64,000 bases of DNA from Salaquimonas sp. (GTDB taxonomy: Bacteria; Pseudomonadota; Alphaproteobacteria; Rhizobiales; Rhizobiaceae), in the NCBI GenBank assembly GCA_049680405.1, contig JBAUHS010000010.1, positions 3,777 to 67,776 on the forward strand. Reading direction: 5' to 3'. Positions 57,406-64,000 of this stretch are shown here, piece by piece. Each line of letters starts with the position of its first letter. Within the stretch, counting starts at the first letter, position 1. The position numbers and the translations under genes are program-made. A model generated the notes under the pieces. It was given only the letters and a program-made list of their open reading frames with translations, did not search any database and was not told where the DNA came from.

Positions 57406-58752
57406 TTACGCTATGTTGCGAGTAATTCGCAGATTATCTTGGTCAGCAGATAATTGCGGACGGATCGTCGTAATTTTTTCAATCGTGCTGGACGCAGGTA
57501 CCTGGCGACCGGGCTTACCATGAATAGGCAAAGTCAGTGTTACGGTCGTCCCTTTGCCGCGCTCGCTCTTGAAAACCACAGAACCACCATGAAGTTCTAC
57601 CAGACCTTTAACGACCGACAGACCAAGGCCCGTACCTTCATATTTTCGGTCATATTTGCTGTCGGCCTGAAAGAATGGCTTGCCCAAGTTTTCCAGATTC
57701 TCAGCAGAAATGCCGACACCTTCATCAATAATCCGAATGGAAACCGTTCTGGCGCGTCTTTCGGCCTTCACTGTGACAATGCCATTATTGTCTGAAAACT
57801 TGATCGCATTTGACAACAAATTGATCATGATTTGCTTAACTGCGCGTTCGTCAGCCACAATGTCGGGCATTTCATCCATGCCAATTGTCTTCAAATTGAC
57901 CGATGTCTTCGCTGCCTGCCCCTGCATTATTGCAGTCGTATTGAGCAAACATTTAGAAAGACAGAAATTCTCAGGGAAAATTTCATACATGCCGTTTTCA
58001 ATCTTCGACATATCCAGCACACCATTTAGCAATGTCAGGAGATGGCTGGCAGAATCGTGAATCAATCCGATATATTCACTGCGTTTTTCAGCCGTGATTG
58101 AGGCAATCAAAGGAGAATTGAGCATTTCCGAAAAACCGAGGATAGCGTTTAGCGGTGTTCTCAACTCGTGACTGATATTGGCAAGGAATTTGCTTTTTGC
58201 AGAATTGGCGTCTTCAGCTTCAGCGCGCAACAGTTCTGCGGCCTCGGCATTTTGTTTCGCCATGGAAATATTGCGATAAGTGGATAGTACAAAGCTTTCA
58301 CCGGATTTGGACCCAATGATCAAATTGGCCGTTAGCTCTACCCAGCTGGCAGCAGTGCTGTTGCGGCCAGACCTGATCGGTCGAAATTCAATGGCCTCAT
58401 TCGCATCAGAATGGCTATGGGCTACATTTGCAAGAAAATGACCAAGTGAAACGCGATCCTGAACATGGGATTCAGCCAAAAGGCTCGTCATGCTATCCTC
58501 AGCATCATGTCCCAATAGGTTTAACAGGCTTGCACTTACCCATAGCAATGCACCCTTTTGATCATGAATGCTGCAAGGTTTGGCAATTGAAGGTGTTCCA
58601 AGCGATTGGGCAACATCCTCAACCTTGTGCAATTCAGCAACAAGGGATCGTAGATCTGCTTTGAAAGCAGACGATCTGTTGTCAGTAATCAGAGGAGCTT
58701 CTGGCATATGCAAAACTTGTAACCTTTTAAGAGTTCCGCCCAAGGTTCGCAT
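57406..58752 (-). CDS. Cytoplasmic PAS-HisKA-HATPase histidine kinase (DivJ/PleC/PdhS-like core, no receiver)
   Basis: 448 aa with no TM segment. H-box FLANISHELRTPLNAILGFSEML and G-boxes GTGLGLSVV. Confidence 0.85.
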   Translation of the reverse strand: MRTLGGTLKRLQVLHMPEAPLITDNRSSAFKADLRSLVAELHKVEDVAQSLGTPSIAKPCSIHDQKGALLWVSASLLNLLGHDAEDSMTSLLAESHVQDRVSLGHFLANVAHSHSDANEAIEFRPIRSGRNSTAASWVELTANLIIGSKSGESFVLSTYRNISMAKQNAEAAELLRAEAEDANSAKSKFLANISHELRTPLNAILGFSEMLNSPLIASITAEKRSEYIGLIHDSASHLLTLLNGVLDMSKIENGMYEIFPENFCLSKCLLNTTAIMQGQAAKTSVNLKTIGMDEMPDIVADERAVKQIMINLLSNAIKFSDNNGIVTVKAERRARTVSIRIIDEGVGISAENLENLGKPFFQADSKYDRKYEGTGLGLSVVKGLVELHGGSVVFKSERGKGTTVTLTLPIHGKPGRQVPASSTIEKITTIRPQLSADQDNLRITRNIA

Positions 58753-59015
58753 ATTGCCTTTAATGGAACCCTAAGCCCAAAGGTTCACCAAAGAGTTTTA
58801 TCCAAAAACTGCTCATTCCTCGTTTTATAGTGAACAAAGGGTTACCGTTCTTCAATCCACCAAATTCCAATCCAAACGTATCATTATCGCTGTCTGATGA
58901 TCATCAATACGCAATTCGCACAGGATGCTTAAAGTTTTAGACAAATTGTCATCTGGCTTGGAACCCAACCTTAAATCAGCGGTGCTAAAGAGGGGTTCGG
59001 GAAAGGGACTATATC

Positions 59016-59366
59016 ATGTTTTTAATACGAGCAGCATTCTGGATTGCCTTGGTAGTGGCTTTCATACCGGTTCAACAAGCGGACCTGGAAGAAGGCCAGC
59101 GATCTGTATCCACGTTAGAAACCGTTGGGCTTGCCCAATCGGTCATGGCGGATATCGGCTCCTTTTGTGAGCGCAACAGTCAAACTTGCCAAACTGGTGG
59201 TGTACTGATTTCCCAGATGGGCCTAAAAGCGAGAGAAGGCGCACGCATTGCCTATAGCTGGCTTGACGAACGATATGGAGATAAGGCTTCTTATGCCGCA
59301 ACCGATGCCGGGCTAAAATCCGGAATAGACCCAGTTAAAACCTCGTCAATCAACGCTCAACAATAA
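59016..59366 (+). CDS. DUF5330-like small membrane-anchored protein
   Basis: 116 aa. MFLIRAAFWIALVVAFIPV anchor, then a Cys pair (FCERNSQTC). Confidence 0.5.
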   Translation: MFLIRAAFWIALVVAFIPVQQADLEEGQRSVSTLETVGLAQSVMADIGSFCERNSQTCQTGGVLISQMGLKAREGARIAYSWLDERYGDKASYAATDAGLKSGIDPVKTSSINAQQ

Positions 59367-59457
59367 TTGGCAATTGATTTGCCGCTTTAGCTGTAAAATT
59401 ATGGCTGGCTTCTATATATGGTTCTGAGAAATACCATTTGGAAAGCCGAAAGATCGT

Positions 59458-59874
59458 ATGACTGATATCAATGAGATTATTGAAAATTTCGAATTCCTGG
59501 AAGAATGGGAAGATCGCTATAAATATCTGATTGAACTTGGCGATCAACTTGAGCCGTATCCTGAAGAATTGCAGAACAGCGAAACGAAAGTACAAGGCTG
59601 TGTCAGCCAGGTCTGGATTGCTAGTAATACTCATAACGGCCATGATCCGATTATCGACTTTATCGGAACTTCCGACGCGCATATCGTACGCGGCCTGATT
59701 GCTATCACATTGGCAATTTTCTCGGGCAAAACGGCAAGCGAAATCGGTTCAATTAATGAGCAGGCAATCTTTACCTCACTTGGACTGTCAGAACATATTA
59801 CGCCACAGCGCTCGAATGGTCTTAGATCCATGGTCGCGCGGATCAAGGAAATATCCGCAAACGCTAAGAGTTAA
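59458..59874 (+). CDS. sufE: SufE-family sulfur acceptor protein
   Basis: 138 aa. The FEFLEEWEDRYKYLIELG...KVQGCVSQVWI motif contains the active-site Cys context. Confidence 0.85.
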   Translation: MTDINEIIENFEFLEEWEDRYKYLIELGDQLEPYPEELQNSETKVQGCVSQVWIASNTHNGHDPIIDFIGTSDAHIVRGLIAITLAIFSGKTASEIGSINEQAIFTSLGLSEHITPQRSNGLRSMVARIKEISANAKS

Positions 59875-59897
59875 GTGCAAGTTCTTTACCGGCTTTG

Positions 59898-60734
59898 TTA
59901 TACAAAAGAATCCGGACGATAGCTGCTATCTCCCCAATGGTTCATTGGTTGCTTCCTTGGAGACGGGCGCAACCCATAATGTCTGACCAGCTCCCGCAAT
60001 GCAGTGCGCAGCATCAGCTTGGCTGAACGTGGCGGCCAATGAAGCTCTTTCTCTATTGTCTCAAGCCCTTTGAGAAAACAGCAAACATCCAGCAATATGT
60101 TGGAAAGCTCCGGCCCGAGCGCATTGACCATCTTCTCTATTCGTTTTCGGGCATCCATGGCAAAGTCAGAAATATCGGCTCCCATATTTGCGCTGCGCGA
60201 GCCCGTGGCAACACTTGCGGACCAGTTTGCTGAAATTCTTGGCTGTAACTGAGATTTTTCAAAATCAGACCGTAAACGCTCCCCAGCCTGGAACTCAAAT
60301 TCATTTAACCAGCATTTTCCATGCTTGTCCTTACGGGTATAGAGCCGGGACAAGGGCGATTCATTTTCGTTTACAGTGACCTGACTGGCTATTCCATTTT
60401 CCGCGATCGTTTTGACAACCGGAGCCAAATGTTGCGAGCGGTAATCCATATCAGGGTGCAATGCCGCAACCAGAACTGCCCTTCCCTCCGTAGTGATCGT
60501 GATGTCGTTTTCACATATGCTTAAAAATCCTTGCTTCTTGCATCTGAAAACTAGGTCAGATTCAAATTTGTAGGTTTTACCTTTTAGCTGAATCAGAAAC
60601 TGCGCGGCGCTCGCTTGAAAATGGGCGACCTCGTTGTTTGCATTTAGCAGCAGCTTCAAAAGCCTTAGCTGAGCCTTCTTTTGGTCTTTGCCTTTTGCAT
60701 CAGTCATGGGTTTTCTGCCTGTCAGCCAATTCAC
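59898..60734 (-). CDS. GafZ-like protein (DUF6456-type; C-terminal half of the GafA GTA activator / anti-terminator)
   Basis: 269-278 aa. The blocks ESPLSRLYTRKDKHGKCWLNEFEFQAGERLRSDF and LLDVCCFLKGLETIEKELHWPPRSAKLMLRTAL match what I recall as the DUF6456 signature. It overlaps the upstream DnaA-like HTH gene. Confidence 0.6.
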   Translation of the reverse strand: MNWLTGRKPMTDAKGKDQKKAQLRLLKLLLNANNEVAHFQASAAQFLIQLKGKTYKFESDLVFRCKKQGFLSICENDITITTEGRAVLVAALHPDMDYRSQHLAPVVKTIAENGIASQVTVNENESPLSRLYTRKDKHGKCWLNEFEFQAGERLRSDFEKSQLQPRISANWSASVATGSRSANMGADISDFAMDARKRIEKMVNALGPELSNILLDVCCFLKGLETIEKELHWPPRSAKLMLRTALRELVRHYGLRPSPRKQPMNHWGDSSYRPDSFV

Positions 60735-61146
60735 TCAGCGCCCGAGCGGAAACCAAAAGATTTTCCATTGCTTCCAGGCGCTTATCAAACTCCTGATTAT
60801 CCCGGAGATCTTCAACCAGCTTGCAGGCATGGGAAATCGTGGTGCGGTCACGGCCCATAAAATCTGCGACCCTGTGATAGGGAACCGAAAATACCGTATG
60901 CATCAAATACATCGCTACTTGGCGGGCAAGGCAGATATCGGCTTTCCCTCTTGAAGTGCCTGTCAGTTCCTTTGGCTCAATTCTCTCAAGAATGGAAACC
61001 AGCTTCAATACGAGGTTTCCCGCTATCCCATCATATTCTTGCTGTGTCTGGCTGACGTTTATTGGTTTGACCGCAGCAATAGGCGATCCCACTGATATGG
61101 GTCTGGGTTTATTATTCAAATAATCAGTTACGCTGTGATACATCAT
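60700..61146 (-). CDS. GafY-like protein (DnaA domain IV-type HTH; N-terminal half of the GafA GTA activator)
   Basis: 148 aa. ARQVAMYLMHTVFSVPYHRVADFMGRDRTTISHACKLVEDLR is a Bac_DnaA_C-type HTH. A GGGAGA RBS precedes the ATGATG start. Confidence 0.6.
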   Translation of the reverse strand: MMYHSVTDYLNNKPRPISVGSPIAAVKPINVSQTQQEYDGIAGNLVLKLVSILERIEPKELTGTSRGKADICLARQVAMYLMHTVFSVPYHRVADFMGRDRTTISHACKLVEDLRDNQEFDKRLEAMENLLVSARALSELADRQKTHD

Positions 61147-61273
61147 GCTCTCCCATAAAAGGACTATATTCCTATTATGGGAATTGCAACCTTGAAATGC
61201 ATATCAAATGGAGAGATTTTCCAGCCAAAAAGGATTCTCTTAAAAAACTCAATGACTTAATGCGGTAATCAGA

Positions 61274-61672
61274 ATGTTGCTTCGAAATCTTATCCCCCTG
61301 TTTCAGTTGGAGTGCAGACTTTTCTCTTTTCAGAGAACCAAATTGAACCTTAAGCAACAACAAATTGCCCTTGAGATTGAGCGCAAGATCGCGAGCCATT
61401 GCCATGATTCAATCGCTAGATCCTGCACTCTGGCTCTGAACGGATACCAGCTTGAAAGAGCCGTAAAACACTTAACTGGACTGGAGTTGGATCTGGTGTG
61501 TGCAGATCAAACGGACGTTTGCATGATACTGGAGAGGTTGGAACGGTTGCAGAAAGGACTTCCTCAAAAAGGTTTTCAGGATTTGGCTAAATTTGACACA
61601 AACCGATTGATCGTATTGAACCAGTCGATCAATGGGTTGAGGCAGATTCTATGTGTTATTCCTGGGACATAA
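61274..61672 (+). CDS. Hypothetical Leu-rich 132-aa protein (weak call)
   Basis: It is the only plus-strand ORF in the 585-bp mucR-gafY spacer and ends directly at a bidirectional terminator. No recognisable domain. It competes with a 76-aa minus-strand ORF (61175..61405). Confidence 0.25.
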   Translation: MLLRNLIPLFQLECRLFSFQRTKLNLKQQQIALEIERKIASHCHDSIARSCTLALNGYQLERAVKHLTGLELDLVCADQTDVCMILERLERLQKGLPQKGFQDLAKFDTNRLIVLNQSINGLRQILCVIPGT

Positions 61673-61707
61673 AAAACTCCGCAAAACCAAAGCCCAGCGG
61701 AGTTTTT
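61671..61707. terminator. Bidirectional rho-independent terminator (mucR 3' end / end of the plus-strand ORF)
   Basis: The sequence is AAAAAACTCCGC-(14 nt)-GCGGAGTTTTT: a GC stem flanked by an A-run and a T-run, so it reads as hairpin plus U-tract on both strands. Confidence 0.65.
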
Positions 61708-61731
61708 GTATAAAAGATATGTAGAGTGCTC

Positions 61732-62205
61732 TTATTTGGCTTTTCGATAGCCTTTTTTCCGGCCCAAACCTTTTTCGCGGGCAAGGCTGGATCGCTTTTC
61801 AGAATAGCTCGGTGCGACCATTGGATAATCTGGTGGCAAATCCCATTTTTCACGATATTCTTCTGGGGACAGATCAAAATGCGAGCGCAGATGACGTTTC
61901 AATGATTTGAAATGCTTTCCATCCTCAAGGCAAATTATGTAGTCGCGAAATACTGATTTTTTTGGATTCACAGCTGGCTTAAGGTCTATTTTAACTTCGC
62001 TCTTACCATTTATAGACAGGCTTTTGAATGCCCGGTGCACTTCACCAATCAGGTTTGGTAAATCAGTGGTCGAAACAGGATTATTGCTAACATAGGCAGC
62101 AATAACTTCTGAAGTGAGCTCGACAATCATGGATTCATCATCAAACTCTTGTTGTTTCATATCAATTTCTTCAAGCATGGGTTTTCGTTCTTTCTTATCA
62201 TCCAA
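61732..62205 (-). CDS. mucR: MucR/Ros family zinc-finger transcriptional regulator
   Basis: ELTSEVIAAYVSNNPV..DLPNLI and the CLEDGKHFKSLKRHLRSHFDLSPEEYREKWDLPPDYPMVAPSY zinc-finger core. The start may be a downstream Met. Confidence 0.9.
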   Translation of the reverse strand: MDDKKERKPMLEEIDMKQQEFDDESMIVELTSEVIAAYVSNNPVSTTDLPNLIGEVHRAFKSLSINGKSEVKIDLKPAVNPKKSVFRDYIICLEDGKHFKSLKRHLRSHFDLSPEEYREKWDLPPDYPMVAPSYSEKRSSLAREKGLGRKKGYRKAK

Positions 62206-62510
62206 ACAATGGACATTTCTTCATTTCTGGAAATCAACTAACCCTAAACGCCCCATGTTGATTCCTATCAGGTATTTAGTATTCAGGTAAAAAATGTCAA
62301 TTTATTGTTATTAAATCATCTAATTTGCAACGGAATACACTTTTATAGTGTAAAAATTACAATTACTTATACGTAAGAATGTAATTCCTAATTGGTGCAA
62401 CCGAAAATACTAGGATCAGGACGCATTAATTGACACGATATGGTGGGAGGGAATTTGGAATGGGTCCTGACCCAAATTAGATTTTGTTAAAAGGTATCAA
62501 AAAATCTAAC

Positions 62511-62843
62511 TTAATCCTCACTGGATTTTTCGGACATCTCGTTGACCACAGATCCCTCCCAAAGAGGGTACCCGATGTTATAGGCGGCCCGTGCCAATAA
62601 ATGGGCTGCGATAGGTGCAGTCATGATGAAGAATACCAAGCCGGCCAAGGCTCTGATCGCCGTTCCAGTATCACCGGCGGTGACTGTCAAAGCTATCATC
62701 ATCAGCCCGGAACCCACAGTTCCCGCTTTCGAAGCTGCATGCATTCGGGAATAGATATCCGGCAAGCGGATCAAACCTATAGAAGCGATGAAGGCAAAGA
62801 AGGCTCCGATGATCACTAAAGTACCGGCTATGAAATCGATCAT
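62511..62843 (-). CDS. phaG: Monovalent cation/H+ antiporter subunit G (Pha/Mrp/Mnh)
   Basis: 110 aa, three TM helices. The motif [19 protein letters not shown] is typical of MnhG/PhaG. Confidence 0.85.
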   Translation of the reverse strand: MIDFIAGTLVIIGAFFAFIASIGLIRLPDIYSRMHAASKAGTVGSGLMMIALTVTAGDTGTAIRALAGLVFFIMTAPIAAHLLARAAYNIGYPLWEGSVVNEMSEKSSED

Positions 62844-63166
62844 GATTTACCCTTTTGAATTTTCGGTTCGTCTTCAGCTTCCAAATGGGCTGAGCCGCGT
62901 TCCAGCACAAACCTTGCCAGGGCCACGGTGGCCAAAAATCCGACAAGACCCAGCGCAATGGCTATATCAACATAGAGATAATAGCCCGTTTTGACCCCTA
63001 CCACCGCAATAAATCCGATCACAACGCCAACCAGCATATCAAGCGCCACAATACGATCAGGCAGTGTTGGGCCAATGATTACTCGGTAAGTCGTCACGAA
63101 AAATGACGCAATCAGAAAGATCATGGCGATGATGATTGCAATATCGAGAAACTCTTTGCCGCTCAT
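62840..63166 (-). CDS. phaF: Monovalent cation/H+ antiporter subunit F
   Basis: 108 aa. The [19 protein letters not shown] motif of MnhF/PhaF. 4-nt overlaps with the neighbouring genes. Confidence 0.85.
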   Translation of the reverse strand: MSGKEFLDIAIIIAMIFLIASFFVTTYRVIIGPTLPDRIVALDMLVGVVIGFIAVVGVKTGYYLYVDIAIALGLVGFLATVALARFVLERGSAHLEAEDEPKIQKGKS

Positions 63167-63636
63167 CGAAATGCCTCCAAAATCTTCCGCTCAAACCCAT
63201 TGGCAATATCAAGTTTGGCTGCAGGCACATCTGAGCAGTCAATGGCATGAACAAACAAATAGCGACGATCCTTTGACACATCTACAGACAGTGTTCCTGG
63301 CGTCAGGGTAATCAAATTGGCAAGAAGTGCTATTTCAAAATCGCGATCAACCGTTAGTTCAAAGGCGAAAATACCTGGTTTCAAATTCATATCCGGACGC
63401 AAGACCAGCATTGCAACGCGAAATGCGGATAGTGACAGCTCTTTTATAAACAACAGGAACAAAGAGAGCATTCGGGTGGTTTTCCCAAAATATCCGCCTG
63501 TGCCTATCTGTTCGCGTATCAACCAGATTGCAAAGAAACCCAACACAAAGCCGAATATTAAATTAAGCTCTGTGAATGAGCCTGTCATGGCACCCCATGC
63601 CAACATCAACAACAGATTGACCAGCAGCAAGCTCAT
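63163..63636 (-). CDS. phaE: Monovalent cation/H+ antiporter subunit E
   Basis: 157 aa. [18 protein letters not shown]...[13 protein letters not shown] pattern of MnhE/PhaE. Confidence 0.85.
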   Translation of the reverse strand: MSLLLVNLLLMLAWGAMTGSFTELNLIFGFVLGFFAIWLIREQIGTGGYFGKTTRMLSLFLLFIKELSLSAFRVAMLVLRPDMNLKPGIFAFELTVDRDFEIALLANLITLTPGTLSVDVSKDRRYLFVHAIDCSDVPAAKLDIANGFERKILEAFR

Positions 63637-64000
63637 TACAAATCACCTCCAAAAACAGAGCCGATATAATCGTTCGGGTATAGCAGCATTCGCGCACCAT
63701 CAGCAGATATTGAGATCAGCATTTCAGGGGCAAGGCCAATAGCGAGCGTCGCAACGACCAAAAGGCCTATCGATACAGATGCGGTTAATCTGAAGCTCTC
63801 GTCAAGTTCCGGTCTTTTCCAGGCTTCTGCTCCGTCTCTGGTTCCTTCAGGACCCCCGCGCCAAAACGCAAAAATCCAGACCCGGAAAACCGCAATGCTT
63901 GTGAGCAATCCTGATATCAAAATCGCCGCAGCCAGCCACCAGGCGCCAATTTCCAAAGATGCCTTGACCAGAATAAACTTGCCCCAAAAACCGGAAGTTG
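63636..64000 (-). CDS. phaD: Monovalent cation/H+ antiporter subunit D, 3' end only (gene continues beyond the window)
   Basis: The frame is open to the window edge. The hydrophobic NuoN/MnhD-like C-terminus ends 1 nt into the phaE start. Confidence 0.7.
   Translation of the reverse strand, partial: TSGFWGKFILVKASLEIGAWWLAAAILISGLLTSIAVFRVWIFAFWRGGPEGTRDGAEAWKRPELDESFRLTASVSIGLLVVATLAIGLAPEMLISISADGARMLLYPNDYIGSVFGGDL

Noticed and set aside
58925-59170. 81-aa plus-strand ORF overlapping the start of the DUF5330-like gene.
   Set aside because: It is out of frame with, and largely overlapped by, the better-supported 116-aa ORF, which has a clear membrane anchor. It has no RBS or motif.
61163-61189. 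Possible promoter TTGCAA-N15-TATAGT upstream of the GafY-like gene.
   Set aside because: The 15-nt spacer is short. The implied transcription start would leave only about 10 nt of leader, cutting into the RBS. It is kept only as context for the inverted repeat noted in the findings.
1-64000. Search for CRISPR arrays, tRNA/rRNA genes, IS elements, toxin-antitoxin pairs or recognisable defence systems.
   Set aside because: No regularly spaced direct repeats, no cloverleaf-like or rRNA-like segments in the intergenic regions, and no transposase, integrase or defence-type domains were seen. This was a by-eye inspection only, so small or degenerate elements could have been missed.

Overview
The window looks like a chromosomal segment of an alphaproteobacterium. 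Gene content and synteny resemble Hyphomicrobiales/Rhizobiales: cycHJKL-type ccmIEFH next to degP, MucR/Ros, a pha/mrp antiporter, and DUF2336/DUF1491/DUF5330-type genes. I found no rRNA, tRNA, CRISPR array, transposase or integrase.

Left third (1-19.9 kb): housekeeping genes. These are nnrD, a CPA2 antiporter, ETF-ubiquinone oxidoreductase, a family-4 UDG, an orphan TRAP binding protein, a thiM-thiE-thiD operon behind a clear TPP riboswitch, a LysE exporter, an orphan CoxL/XDH-type molybdoprotein, a DMT transporter, pgi, pepN and a PAS histidine kinase.

Middle (20-50.6 kb): one uninterrupted minus-strand array. It contains glnE, an OmpR/HK pair, degP, an alpha/beta-hydrolase-OsmC fusion, ccmH/F/E/I, a lipoprotein and a second OmpR/HK pair. 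It then runs into a complete RcGTA-like gene transfer agent (GTA) head-tail cluster, g1 to g15, at about 36.07-50.52 kb.

Four features of the GTA cluster are not visible from the ORF track alone:
- A holin-like plus overlapped i/o-spanin-like mini-cassette lies directly 3' of g15.
- A very strong intrinsic terminator lies between the capsid gene g5 and g6.
- A translationally coupled 58-aa ORF lies between g7 and g8.
- A near-consensus sigma70-type promoter with a structured leader lies upstream of g1.

Right part (50.7-64 kb): ycgN, a class A PBP, DUF1214-type membrane proteins, DUF2336, DUF1491, a peptidoglycan-binding protein, a cytoplasmic PAS histidine kinase, DUF5330 and sufE. These are followed by an overlapping gene pair that I read as a split GafY/GafZ-type GTA activator/anti-terminator, then a MucR/Ros regulator behind an AT-rich region, then phaG/F/E and the 3' end of phaD.

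All functional calls rest on motif recognition in the supplied translations. No database search was run.
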